A stretch of DNA of 58,264 nucleotides, filler included, from Basidioascus undulatus (lineage: Eukaryota), in the NCBI GenBank assembly GCA_000826855.1. It is 3 parts of 3 records of this genome, joined end to end, with 100 filler letters (N's around TTAATTAATTAA, not from the genome) between each part and the next. Parts side by side here need not be neighbours in the genome. Positions count along the whole stretch, not along the records: positions 1 to 19,391 come from JTLS01000424.1; 2 more parts are not named here. One strand, written 5' to 3'. Of the stretch, positions 1 through 12,749 are shown one piece after another. Position 1 is the first letter of the stretch. Every line of letters begins with the position of its first letter. Under the pieces are notes generated by a model. It was not told the origin of the DNA. It was given only the letters and a program-made list of their open reading frames with translations, and searched no databases. A program made the translations under genes and the position numbers.

Positions 1-397
1 GAGTCCCTTGGCAGAGCGAACCGCGTCGGCCGGCTCGACGTCAGCCGCCGCCCCTGTCGTGCTCAGTGCGCGTCTGGCTGAAGTCGAGGAGGCCGCCGGA
101 TTGCGCACGCCGACCTCCGAGCAGGTTGCACGGGCACTCCAAGTATCCCAACCTGCCGCATCGCCGACGCCGCCCGCAGGGCCATCGTCACCTGACTCGC
201 CGCCGCTGCCCGCAGGGCCATCGTCGCCTGACTCGCCGCCGCTGCCGGAGGACGGGCTCACGATCCGCCCGCAGGTGTCGAGCGCGACATCGGAGAGCCC
301 GCTGGCCGCACGAGCGGCCTCGGGGCAGGTGAAGGGAATACGGATCGTGGGCACTTTCGCTAAGGATCAGGATGAGGACAACGGCCGGACGGAGTGA
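1..397 (+). CDS. 3' end of an unidentified Pro/Ser/Ala-rich protein (runs off the window start)
   Basis: Open frame to TGA at 395-397, with an in-frame 36-nt tandem repeat encoding PAGPSSPDSPPL twice; no recognisable domain. Confidence 0.45.
   Translation, partial: SPLAERTASAGSTSAAAPVVLSARLAEVEEAAGLRTPTSEQVARALQVSQPAASPTPPAGPSSPDSPPLPAGPSSPDSPPLPEDGLTIRPQVSSATSESPLAARAASGQVKGIRIVGTFAKDQDEDNGRTE
172..247 (+). repeat. 36-nt coding tandem repeat, about 2 copies
   Basis: gcccgcagggccatcgtc(a/g)cctgactcgccgccgct occurs twice with one mismatch. Confidence 0.9.
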
Positions 398-663
398 GCG
401 AGATGCGAAGATATCTAGTGCTAGCATACCCATTTAATAATCGCAAACCCAACGAGCGTGCTTGAAAGTCGACTGGGACCTGGGAAACGCATAGTCAAAT
501 TGATCTTGAAGATTACAGTTCCTGGCAGCATTTCGTTTTTCGCTGGCGGGACGGCTAGGGGAGAGCACATGTCTGCTGCGAGACAACGCGAGAGGTTCAA
601 ACGTAGCAAACAATAACAAGACATTGTTGAATAACGCAAGCGAATGTATGCACGGAAAACGAC

Positions 664-3600
664 CTATGAACATCGCGTCCGCAGAATGTCGGACACCGCC
701 TTGGCCTGCTCTGCTAGGTGTTCCGCGTCGGATGTGGAAGACCTGTTCACGAAAAGAGGGTGTAAGCGAGCATTCGCACTCGGCGACGGCGAATCAATTT
801 ACCATTCGGTCGACAGCAAGATTTCCTCGAGCTCCTCGTCTTCGACACTGCTTGTTTGAAGTACGATGTAGAGCTGCTCGGAAGTTGCGGTTCGTATCTG
901 AAAGTAATTTCACGTCCTTTCATTGTTCGATTGAGCAGCATGGCCGGCCGGGGGAACGGGCGCACCCGAGGAAGCGGATGAGCCAGAAAGTCAGGCAGTT
1001 TCGCCGCCGCCTCCGCTCGCACAAGCGGCAGTCCGCAGAGGCCGGTGACGCTACCAACCATGTTCTTAGCGGGGTTCCGAGATGGGCTGAAAACAAATCT
1101 ACGCACATTTTCATGGCAGCCAGGATTCGTGGAACTCCCTTGATCAGCTTGATACCTTTGCTCGCCAAATCAAGCGTCGAGCGTATCCTGTTCGAGCAAC
1201 GTCAGCGCAAGACGGTGAGGCTTCGCGAAGTCACTCACGCAGCCAGGCCCTTCGGGTCGTTCTCCGCCAATGTCTGTGCCAGGTCGTTCTCGACGAGTAG
1301 ATTAAGCGTTGTAAGGACGGGCACTAAGACGCGATTTGAGCGGGCGTTTGAGCGGGCGAGGGCGAGAAGGTCGGAGAAGAGTTGGTGTAGGGAGAGCGTC
1401 TCGGGAGACTCGGACGACGGAGGGAGCGTCTCGGCGAGCTGAAGAAGGCTTGATGCGGCTGAGCGAGCCTGCAGGGAACTTCAGCCGTGACTCGACATTC
1501 GCAAGGCACAGAGTCACCTACGGTAGATTCGGTCCGCGTGCCGACGGCCAGCACGATCCCGCCGAGAGCGTAGCGACGGAGCGACGGGCTTTGCAGTGTC
1601 CGAACTGCCCGAGGGAAAATCCAGTCCGCGTCGACCCAGTCTTGCCGTTCACCTCTGATGTGCATGAAATTGGTTAGTACGCGTAGCCGAGCGTTCATGA
1701 GCGCGGCGCTCACAGTGGGAAGATCTCGTCAAGCGCGGCCGCCTCCCTCGCAGCGAACTCGGGGAATGCATCGCGGGCAGCAGCCGAACGTAATAAAGAG
1801 AGGAGGTTCTCGCCGGCCGTCGAACGGTTCGTCAGAATCGGATCGACTGTGAGCGACAGGATGCCGCCGACGATTTCGTGCAGCAGCGCAACGTCCAAGC
1901 ACGAGCGCCATTCCGGTGCGCCGAGAGCTGTCGAGACTACGCGTTCGAGCCCGACGATGCTCGCTGCGCGACACCACGATCCGACGTCTCCACGTTGATC
2001 AGTCGTGTAGTCGGAGAGGCCGCGAATAAACGCGCGCAGAACCTGCTGGACGCGGTCGGCGGTGGTGACTGTAGCGTGAATCGATTGAGCAGACGCTCGA
2101 GAACCTTGGTAAAAGAAACCCTGTCACCTCGCATCAGGTCCGCCCCAAGGCCGGAGACCATGGCTGCTAGAGCATCGTACGCGTCTCGTCGAGACTCGAT
2201 GTCTTTGGCGAAGTGAGGCGACTGAGGGTCAAGCTCAGATGAGCGCTGTGAAAGGCTTGTCTCGAACGCTTACCTTGTCGTCTACGGCCATAAGTTGACA
2301 TGAGAGGGCTTCCTCGAAACCATGATCGAACGCGCGATAGTTGAGCGTCCCGAGGATGCGGGCCAGCGACTGCTGCACCGTCGGTGTGGCTGTCGAAAAC
2401 TGCTGAACAAAGCTGTTTAATCAAGGACGCATCAGCAAATGACTGACTGTTGGAGATTCAATGAAGATTATGAACCCGGATACATCGTCCGCGCAACAGC
2501 GTAAGCCGCTGACCGACGCCATCGCCGCCGCGGCATCAATCTGCAGCTGGACATGACGGCGCCCGATAGCGGCGTCGACGACACGTTTCCAGACGGGAAT
2601 GTCGTCGTCTTGCTGCAGCCCTGTGGATGAAACGCTCTTGGCTACGGCGAGGTTGGCCGCCCCCAGAACCAGAGTGTATCGCGAAGTGGAGAGCAAGTGG
2701 TGCGGGAGGCGGCCGACACTCGAGTAGATCTGGAGTATACAGTGTCAATTTAAGTGCAGAGATCTTGTACTGGCATAGACGTACCTCGACGAGGAGGTCA
2801 GGACGCAAGCCGCTTGCCCCAAACAACTCAGCCAGCTCTGCCAGAGACAAGAGCACGCCGTGCAGGGTCGCTGGGTCGCTCGTCTGCAGTGCGGCAATCT
2901 GATGTCGGAGGTTGAGTGAAAGATTACCAGACAACCGCTACAACTCAGAACTTACGAGACGAGGGACCACGGCTACACCGTCGACGGGTAGGTCCAGTTC
3001 GGCGATGCGCGCGAGCGCTTGCGAGCCGGCCTCGCGAAGGCTCGCGTCCCAATGCGAAAGAGTGACGCCGAGGATATGGTCGATAAGGAAGGAGCGGTAA
3101 AAGGGATGCCTAAAGAGGCAGTCAGCGCGTGCCATGTAAGGAATTCTTTGGTAATCGACAGACTCGGAAACCTCAACGGCAGCGGTCAAGAACGAAGTGC
3201 GACGAACGCCAACTGCGTAGAAGTCCGTTTTGCGCAGGACGTCGATACCGTCAGGGAAGAGTCCCTGAAAAGTAACCAAATCAAGAAGGTCCGCATCAGT
3301 GGAGCAAACGGCGACATACCATTCTCCCGACGTTCTCCTGGAACGCGGCGCTGGCGGCCCGCCGAATGTGTACCTCACGGTCGAATAGAGAGACAGCGAC
3401 AAGATGCCTTGCGATCGTTTCGGCGTGCTTCTCGAAAACGTCCGCCGTAAAGGCGCGAGCGAAAGACCACAGGACGTAGGCGGTGGCGTCGCGGACGTTC
3501 GAGCCGACCGAGTGCGAGCCTTTGCGGAGATCGAAGTGTAGAGCCTGCATTTCGAGTCAGAGAGCGTTCGTTTGAGTTTCCCACTGCATACCTCGATGGT

Positions 3601-5254
3601 CCAGGGCAAGACCTCTCCCAAACGATTGGCACCCAACACCCCGCGCCTGGCACACTCGGCGACGGCGAGCGCGGCCCCGTGCCAGGTCGAGTCGGAAACT
3701 GACGTGATGTCGATCCCGGTTGGGCTCGGCAGGGAGCCTTCGGAGAAGAGCGAGACGATCGCCTCGACAATGTCGTCTGCGAGCGCGCGGGGGAGACGCG
3801 AAGCGACACGGGCGATGTTCTTGGCCGCCGACCAGCGGACGATGGTGTCCTGGCAGACAAATGATGAGCTGGACGGACGCCAGAGAAAAGTTGGTAACGC
3901 ACTCGATCTTGCAGAGCCTGAAGCATGCTCTCTATGACATTCTCGACACCTTCGGACACCTTGACGCAAAAGTGTGGGTCAGATCGCCGGGAAAGATGCG
4001 TTGTAACACGTACGTCTTCCTGGTCTAGCCGCGATGCAGATGGCAGCTCGAGACTGCCGAGTCGGTATGCCAGCTTGATGCTGTACTTGCGGAGGAGCGA
4101 GTTGCGCGGCGTGAGGGGCTCTGCAGCTTCACGTAGCGCCGCGATCGCGGGGGCGAGCGGGCGAAGCTGTTCTGGATTGCCGGCCTTCAATATCTCGCAG
4201 AACGTATGCAATACGCCGGTAGCCTAAAATAACACCGCGAACGTGGGGAAGAAAACACAATGGCATTAGAAGAACGCAGACAGGCTCGACATGGTAGGCA
4301 ACTCGCAAGAAAGATGTCCGGGGTCTGGCGAAGCTGCGCCGAAGCCCAATCTACGAATCCCGACAGTAGTGAAGCTGTATCCCGCCTGAAAATGACCGTA
4401 CGTCAGCAACGTCCCGTCTCACCAGAGAAATACGAAGTTGGCGTACCTCAAGAACAGCTTGCCCAGCAGGATCGCGGCGCCTTCGCGTTCCTTCCCATGG
4501 GACCTGATGAAGCGCTGTCCGACAGTTTGAGTCCGCAACGCCGTATCTGCGCTGCCAGCATCGCGATCGAATCGGGAGAGGTCGAATGGCAGCATGCAGA
4601 CGATCGAGAGCCAGAGGAGCAAGATGTAGCGTAGCTCCCAGGAGCCGATTACGTCGGATGGAGCGAGAGCGGAGGAAGAGGAGGGTTGATAGGGTGAGGT
4701 GTGGAGCGACGACGAATCCGGAGACGTAGGCGGCGCAAGGATGTTAAGGATGAGGGGAAGGTCGGGAACAGCGTGCGGGAAGAAGCGGACTGCACCGCGA
4801 TAATGCTTTAGCATGCTGCGCACACAAGAGAGCAGTGGTGGACGCACCGATGATTTTGTAACCCCGTGCTTTGGAGAAGACGTATAGAAGCTTGGCCATG
4901 CGCTGCGCTAAGGCGAGGTGATCTCCTCGCAGCGGCGGCTCGGCGAGATGCGTCCGCAACGCGTCGACTATGGGCTGGACCATGCGCTCGAGGTACGGGT
5001 CAAGCAGGTAGGCCTGCTCTTGATAGTCCTCAATCTACCACAAGCTGTGTAAATGTTATAGCACCCAACGCCTAGTTATCAAAAGGGGAGCAGCTACGCA
5101 CAATAGCCGTCAGGTGCCCAAGCGCGGCATCCCCGTTCGTCTGCGCGGGAGCTGCGAGGAAAGCATCGAGGACATCGAAGTACTCCTCGGAGCGTGTGAA
5201 CGTCGCATGGAGACGGTCGTCCTGCAGGCCGTCTTCTTCGATCGGTGAGTCCAT
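664..5254 (-). CDS. TBCD: Tubulin-folding cofactor D (multi-exon)
   Basis: Spliced peptides include WELRYILLLWLSIVCMLPFDLSRFD, DTIVRWSAAKNIARVASRLP, WHGAALAVAECARRG, GSNVRDATAYVLWSFARA, LFDREVHIRRAASAAFQENVGR and FPDGIDVL, which are TBCD/Alp1 hallmarks. Start MDSPIEED at 5254; last exon ...ILRTRCS* at 664. Confidence 0.93.
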
Positions 5255-5605
5255 CGCAGCGGCATGAAGATGTGAAGGAAGGGAGGTAACTGGGCATCTC
5301 GCCAAATGGGGGACCCGTGCCTCGCGCCTGTGGAGTGCGTGGCAAACAAATGATAGTGGCCGTACTTGCATTCGCGCACTCAATCTGACGACAGTAATGG
5401 CCTTATCGCTAGATGAAAAGTGCACTTGACACTCCTATGCGATAGATGCAGTTCACAAGTACACCCAGGAAAAAAAAAGGGAGCGTGACAGCCCGCACAT
5501 CACATCAAACAGCAACAAGCGTCGAAATGGTAAGAATGCACAGATCCGGTGGTGTTACATTGACAGGAAGGAGTGTGTGAGCATGTTGGTACATTGTGCA
5601 GAAAA

Positions 5606-6911
5606 TCAGGAAGACAGCTTGAGGCTACGCAGATACTCGTACACGGGCAGGTTTTCCTGGATGCACTTCTGCACATTCGGCGGCAGCTCGAGCGTGTCGC
5701 GCTTGACCTCCTGAAAGCCGGACGAGTTTTCTGGAAGCGCGACCAAAATGTCAGTCCTTGCATCAGGATGTTAAACAAGACGTTGACTCACGGGCATCCT
5801 CGTGCTGTGAGACGAAACACGGTTTGATGAGCATCGCTGAGGCGCATGAGACAGATTCAAGACTCACGAATCCCTTCCACTTGTTGAACGCCTCAATACG
5901 CTTGGGCTCCCAAGAGAGCATCGACTCATGGAAAGGCAGACCCACGACCTTGCAGAAGGCGCGAAGCGAAGGCTCCGGCGTCTTGATCAGGTCCTCCGAG
6001 TCGAGGACGGCCACCGGCTCGTCGGGAAGGAGCGCCCGCACGTAGTCCTAGTCGCATTCAGGTATCATGAGTATCACTCGGAAAGTCGCAAGCACACCCA
6101 GGACTGAACGCACCAGCAGAGATTTCAACTCGACGAAGCCAGCCTCGGAGGGGTCGAACTCGCCAAAGTCCCCACAGTCGTTCTCGACGATAGCCCGGTA
6201 GTAGCTCACGACAGATTTTTGCGGAGTACGGATCAGGAAGGCGTGCCGGAACTTGCGGAGGACATCGTCTGTAGAGTAAGTCCAGCCGGGGACAATGGTA
6301 CCTTAGTCTTCTTGCAGCAGACGCCACACTGAACAGTGTGTGACTTACCGGGCAGGACGGTCGGGTTTTGCTTCGGGGAAGCATCAATGAGTTCCGGCTT
6401 GACAATATCTGCAACAGGCGACAGTCAGGACCTCCGCTACCCATTCTGCGAATCCAGCACAACATCTCCCCTCGCAACGCGGCACAGAAGGTGGACCGCC
6501 AACTCACATTGCCCCATGTCCTTCACAACCACGACCTTCCCCGGGTGATCCTTCAGAATGGACTCCGTAATGTCCGAGAACCGGACGTCCTTGGCTTCGT
6601 GCTTCGAGCACTCGTCGTCGGAGTAGCGCTTGAGAATGCGCTCGGGACCGTAGTACGCAGGCTCGCCGTACGGCTGAGCAAACCCCAGGCCCAAGTTAGC
6701 GTCCGTCACACCGCGGACAATAATAGAAGTAGAGGACCTCATGGAGGACGTGCGTGTCGTCGCGCTGGATGAAAGCCCGCTCGAAAGCGGTGCTGGTGCT
6801 CCTCGGAACAGACCAGACTATAATGGGCTTCAGGTTGCTGCGGGAGCGCCAACGTCCCATCAGCACTAAGGTACAAGCACGAAAGCAGTGAAGACGATCG
6901 TACTTGGTCAT
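5606..6911 (-). CDS. Stand-alone sulfotransferase-like P-loop protein (family of the domain found in 'BCAT-like protein 2')
   Basis: Peptides IIVWSVPRSTSTAFERAFIQRDDTHVLHEPYGEPAYYG, VVVVKDM, HAFLIRTP and VLDSEDLIKTPEPSLRAFCKVVGLPFHESMLSW; ends PVYEYLRSLKLSS*. First mini-exon is ATG ACC AA|gtacg. Confidence 0.85.
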
Positions 6912-7377
6912 AAATGCGTTCTTTACTGAAGTCGACGCCGCAGAAGGGGGAGAGGAGGAGGCGATGGGAGTAGATGAGGTAGAGCACCGAAGGACTTCGC
7001 TGCATGCGATCTCAACAGGGGAAAAGTGGTCGTCCAGAATCCGACTCGGGGCTGCTTTTGATGGTGGTGGGGTAATAGACCTCGCCGCAGGGCGCCAGCT
7101 GTCAGGTCATCTTGAATTGGTGGAGATGGACGGGAACGCTCGAGCTGGAGCGGAGCGTGTACATACAAAACTAGGATGGGCAATCTGCGACGTCACTTTC
7201 GACCCTGAGAGACATTTCAGAGCTTCCATAGCCGCGCGCTGTTTGAACCTTCCGACTCGCTTGCACCCGCGCAGTCGTGAATACGATGCTGGTCCGCCAA
7301 AGAACGACGAGTGCACACAAGAAGCGCAGCTTTGGACATGTAGACCTCAAGAAACGCGCGCGAACAAGTCACATCCG

Positions 7378-9185
7378 CTACACTTTTTTGTCTGAGAGGT
7401 CGATCAAGGGCGGCGATTCTGGACGGACAGCAAAATTAGCTGCTGGTGGACGACTGGCCTCGCTGAGCGATTGCGCCATCGAGCTCGCCGCCGGAGACGG
7501 TCGCCTCGGTGTGAGTTGCGGACTGTGTGAGCAGCTCGCGAAGGCGGTCTCGACCTGCAGAGTCGCGGGGCCCTGGACGTCGCTGGCGGGCGTGTGTGAA
7601 GAATATCTTGCGAATGGCGACTGCTCGCGCAGAGATCGGCCGGGAACGCCGTCGATGTCGTCCAGAAGCGAGAGAAGACCACGCGCTTCATGCGGGCGGC
7701 GGACCTGTACGAATTTTCTTTTCAGAAGGACGTGAGGTTCTGGAAGCACATCCACGACACACCTTACCACGGAGAATGTCGCCAGCTTTCACGCCGGGCC
7801 AGTGATAGACTGGCGGCAGACGCGTTAGTCCGCCAGGCACAGCAGCCGGAATGGTTCACGCAGCGTACAAGTAGAATTCTCATCGAAACGCTCAACGAAG
7901 ACTATACTCGACTCGTGAGCTACTTACTCTCCCTTGTTAATCAGAAAAGAACAAAAGAGCACACCTTGCCCAGTGAGCTCGACACCAGCGTAGAGCCCCT
8001 TGGTCTTGACATAGCTCCAGACCGGACTTCGCTCGATCCCTGTAGCACCAAGTTATGAGGACGCGGCTATGCATCGATAACAAGGTCTACTGACCGGCTT
8101 CGATGGCTCCCCCGGCGCCGACAGCTGCCCAGCCACTCGACAGTCAGTCTTGTTTCGAACCACGCAGCGATACGCGGCAGAGCTGAGACGTACGACCTGC
8201 AGCTACCGCCAGTTCCCCTCCCAGCGTAACCTTGTGGGTATAGAAGGTCTTGAGAGCCTCTATAACCGAAGTGACAGGGAATGTTAGAATCGACGGGACT
8301 GTGCGGGTTTTGTCCGAACTGCCGTACCTTGCGTGCGGATGATGAGGAGGGCGTCGAAGATCTACAGCGACTAGCTTCAACATGTAGCGGGAAATATGTA
8401 TACATGAGCGAAGACCTACATCCAGCCCAATCATCCACCCTGCACACCAAGTAGAACGTGATGAGTTCAGGTTCGACAAGCAAAGGGAAACACCACACCT
8501 ACCTAGAGAATAGTTGTTTGGACTGATAGCGCTGGGCGCGGACCATGCTGTTCCCTCCATCCAGTTCAGCTTATATACGCAACCCGGGAGTGCAACGGGG
8601 TGGACGTACACCCATCAGGCAACCGGGCCATGACCACGCCGCTCCCGCCTGCCCCTCCGATAGGAGCGATACCGGTGCGAAGCGACGTGAACAGGCAGAT
8701 GCCCGCAGCGCCCCGAATCGCCTCGCGCACGACTGAAGTAGGCAATTGAGTGGGCACGCGAGGCAACTTGCGTCGTATTGACGGATCGGTTGTCAGGCCG
8801 TCCACTGTGGAAGGATTGTCAGCAGTGCGGTCTAGCTTTCGAACGCTATCACGCACTTACCAGTGAACGCTCGCAAGATTTTCTCGCACTTCTCTATTTC
8901 TAGAAGAAAGTCTCCCTTTACACATACGGGTTCAGCACAATGTCGTTCTCCAGCAATGATGGCAGCACAGCCTCGTACCGTTGTTGGCCAGAAGCGACTC
9001 CCGCCAGCCTTCACCGCCCCCTTGTTTGCCAGGTCCCCCACCTTGTCGATGTAAACAAAGCTCCTATCCATGGCCTTCTTGCCTATCGCCTTCCATTTGG
9101 AGCTCGCAGCGGGTGTGGGCGTGGAGGAAGGGCTTGCGGACGGCGTGCGGCGGGGCGGGGGAGGGAACGTGTGCTTTTCGGACAT
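7378..9185 (-). CDS. SYLF/Ysc84-type (DUF500) domain protein; no SH3 domain seen
   Basis: Peptides IRGAAGICLFTSLRTGIAPIGGAGGSGVVMARLPDG, WSAPSAISPNN and KVTLGGELAVAAG; starts MSEKHTFPPPP; low-complexity tail ends LIDLSDKKV*. Confidence 0.85.
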
Positions 9186-9512
9186 CGCGAGCTGGATATC
9201 GCGGTTTGAGGCGAGAGATACGTGAATGACTGATGATGGTGTCGTCCCAGACCTGTTCACGATGATGATGGGGAGAAGAACAAGAACAAGCGAAACAAAG
9301 TGAAGGGAACGCGGAGACGATCGACGCCGAGCCAAGAGCTCGAGGACGGGAACTCGGCGCCCGCGCAAATGAGGTAATTTCCAGGCGTTTTCACGTGAAA
9401 ACAGAGCGCGTGTGGCTCTAGTCGAAGGACTACCACAAAAATTTGTCAAAAATGGTTTGCGAGTAACTCCAAAGCTGGAAAAAAAGGGGATGCTTGGAGC
9501 CCACAAAAAGAA

Positions 9513-9594
9513 TGGACATTCCCGGAATTGAACCGGGGACCCCCTCAACACACATGATGCGAATGAGATGTGATAGCCCCTACACCAAATGCCC
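9513..9594 (-). tRNA. tRNA-Ala(CGC) with a ~9-nt intron at position 37/38
   Basis: Minus strand reads GGGCATT-TGGTGTAGGGGCTATCACA-TCTCA-TTCGCA[tcatgtgtg]T-TGAGG-GGGTC-CCCGG-TTCAATT-CCGGG-AATGTCC-A. It has a 7-bp acceptor stem with the G3:U70 Ala identity pair, discriminator A, a T-arm and a downstream T5 Pol III terminator. Confidence 0.9.
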
Positions 9595-9910
9595 AATGAT
9601 ATAGCAGAACATTTTATATACAAAATATTGAGGGCCATCACCAACACATCCACTTGTGATTTAAAGCTGTAACAATAAATAGTAAGAAATCTGTTTACAT
9701 ATATATATATCAAACACACCAGTTTTTGCTGGGATAATATGTATCACATTCCTTTTATTGGGCGCTGCGTCGACACGGCTGGCACTCACTCGCCAAGGAC
9801 ACGCCCGGCCTTCTCGTCAGCGTCGCTTTGCCTTCGCTCCTTCCTTTGTCCACTCGATCGTCTATATCACCCACATCGCCGTATTCCCCCCTTCACCTCC
9901 CACCGCCACG

Positions 9911-11186
9911 ATGATCTCCCGCACCCTCACTTCCCGACTTCCCCAGCGACTCACCGGCCCCAGCGCTGTTCGCTCCATATCGCACTGGAACGCTTCGAGC
10001 TCCCTTCTTGGTCTGCCGACCGGCGGGCACTCGGATGCGGTGGATCGGGGGATGGCGTTGTCTGGGGGCTTGGTGCCGACGGTTCTGGAACAGACTGTTC
10101 GTCTATCCTTCTGTTTCGCAGATGAACGTCCGCCTATACTTATCCGTCGGGGCTTGCAGAGTCGAGGCGAGCGCGTATACGACATCTTCTCGCGCCTGCT
10201 GAGGGAGCGTGTTGTATTTATGGGCGGACCGGTGAGGGCGTTCAGGTTGCGGCTGGGTATGCGGAGGTGGCTGAAGCAGGAGGTACAGGTCAGCGATCAT
10301 ATGTCGTCCTTGATGGTCGCACAGTTGCTGTTCCTTGAGGCGGAGGACCCGTCCAAGCCTATCAGGCTATACGTGAACAGCCCTGGAGGTAGCGTCACCG
10401 CGTATGTCCTGATTTGACGCTGGCGTTGATTAACGTACGCTGATATCCGGCATGTAGAGGTATGGCAATTTACGACACCATGCAGGTCCGTCAATCCGTC
10501 TCCCCAACCAGCCCACGAGCTCACGATGTACCGAAACGTCTCACAGTACATAAGCTGTCCTATTTCCACCTACTGCATGGGACAGGCCGCTTCAATGGGC
10601 TCCCTCCTTCTTGCCGGCGGTAAGGTGTATCATGTTACGACTGCGATGTCCTCTCTGATCCCACTTCCTTGCGTTCAGGCTCCAGGGGGCAGCGCCACGC
10701 TCTCCCCAACGCATCTATCATGATTCACCGTAAGCCCACTCTCCGCCCCGGGTGGGCATCCAATCGCTCACAAACCTTGCCTGTAGAGCCGTCCTGGTCC
10801 GCCGACGGTCAAGCGACCGACATCGCCATCCGGGCGAAGGAGATCCTGCGCGTGCGCGAGGCACTCACGCGGATCTACCAGAAGCACTGCCAGCTTCCGG
10901 AGGAGACGGCCGAGGAGGCCATTGCGCGGTTCGAGAAGGCGCTGGAGCGGGACTACTTTTTGACTTGTACGTCTTCGGGATCTGCGCCAGAGTACCAGCG
11001 ACTTCAGGCGACGAGCTTAACTGACGGGTGCCTGGTCGTATTACAGCGGAGGAGGCGCAGAAGTTTGGGATCGTCGACAAGGTGCTCTCTCAACGTCCGC
11101 GATCCGACCAAGGGACCGGCGGCGCGGACGCGAAGGGCAAGGCGGACACGAAGCCGGCCTTCACTAGCGGCTCGAACATTCCTTGA
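9911..11186 (+). CDS. CLPP: Mitochondrial ATP-dependent Clp protease proteolytic subunit
   Basis: Arg/Ser-rich presequence, then [57 protein letters not shown] (Ser), IMIHQP (His), ERDYFL (Asp) and [12 protein letters not shown]. Confidence 0.96.
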
Positions 11187-11999
11187 ACGCACAATCATTG
11201 CGTTTTGAATCATTCACGCGGGATGTCTGCCTTGTGCGAGCGGTCGCTAGACATAAGCGTCATGTCCAACGAGAAGTGTAAGTACGCGGTTGAGCTTCAC
11301 CTCTTACACCGGAGAGTGGCCTAAGGACTGCGGGTCGGCGGTGTACCAATGTTGCCGACCGGGTCTGAGGCCTGCAGTATCTATGTCCCAGAGGACCGCC
11401 CCGGCTCCTAGCCCGCCTGCTCCACACGCATCGCCGTTTGACGACCGAGGGGCTGTGAAGACACTGTCAAGGTGGGTGCCGAGACAACCAAAGCTGCTTT
11501 GCGTATAGGAGTAACTGCATCTGAACAGGCCCTTCAGCAGATGCAGCTGCAGAGCGCACCGCGTCCCTACAATGAACGGCGCCGCCGGTGTCGGGTGCCG
11601 CGTGACACAGCTTATCTCCAAGGTTTCAGAAAATGTTTCGTTTGACTTACGCGAGGTATCCAGAGTAGGACACCTGAAAATCGTTGGCTGCAGAGGTCCA
11701 AATGTTGGACCCATTCGTCCACCTGGCGGTCGCTCATCAGGACATGGGCATGGCGCTGTTGTGGCTTTGCAGTATCCGCCAGTCTGGAACCTTCCTTTCC
11801 TATCACATTGACCGTGAATCTCGTGTCAAAAGCAGATAGACGAATATAACCCAGCGATAATAGTAGTACAACAGTTCCTCAACAAAGTACAACAAGGCAA
11901 AGGCAACCCGAATAAAAGAACGAAACAGGCAAGTGGACCATGTAGGCATTGAAAGCGGAAAGAAAGCGCGCTCAAGAAAGCGTGGTGAGAGCTGCCGAG

Positions 12000-12749
12000 G
12001 AGGAGGACGGGAAGTCCATGCGCCCAGCCTTGAAGGACGGCGTGGAGGCGGGGTCGCAAGCCCATGCGCAAACTCCAAGGCGCCAAGGCGCCAGGCGAGC
12101 GCGATGTGTGCAGGGCAGGTAAAGAGGAAGCGCCAGGGCGCGCTTCGGCGCTCGTCAAAGAGGTGGGGATGGAGCCGTTCGCGTCGAGCATGTCCTGCAC
12201 CGAGGCAAGGAGCGAAGCGATGTGTTGCAGCGAGGTGCGGTACATCTGGTGGAACACCAGATAGATCAGCCACGATACTTCCAATAACGAGAGTAAGGAA
12301 GGAAAACGCAAATCCTTCTCCATCTGCTCGACCGCGGACTCGAACAGGACCTACTCCTCCGCAGGCCGTACCGGGCAGAGACCGGGTCCTCGATCGAGTT
12401 GCAATAGTATTGAATCTCGAGCTCCGGGCAGGGTTCCTGTTCACCGCCGGCGTATCATATCAGTCACAATCCTGCACAATCGAGATCCTCCAGTGAGGCG
12501 GACTCACGAAGTCGTCGAACTCGTCCTCCTCAACCGCGGCGACAGGCGCCTGCGCAGCGTCGGCCGCTGGGACGCAGTGCGACGCCATGGCTGCGAGAGG
12601 GGTCTCGAAGGCGAAAGCGGAGTGACCTTGGCGGAGTAAGTGCGGCGGAGGCGGTGGAGCAAGGGGGTGGAAGGCGTGGTGGCGGTTGTCGTGGCGTCGG
12701 CGGAGCGGGTGCGGCGGAGGCGGCGGAAGAGGGTAGGGAGGGAAGCCAT
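12000..12749 (-). pseudogene. Orphan small gene, copy 1; homologous blocks lie in different frames
   Basis: MASLPTLFRRLRRTRSADATT..TPLLHRLRRTYSA, then AVEEDEFDDF, PCPELEIQY, FESAVEQMEKD and VFHQMYRTSLQHIASLLASVQD. All match copy 2 but need frame changes; 3' end approximate. Confidence 0.55.

Noticed and set aside
624..4634. Numerous plus-strand ORFs of 100-270 aa
   Set aside because: Antisense to TBCD exons in GC-rich DNA; no motifs.
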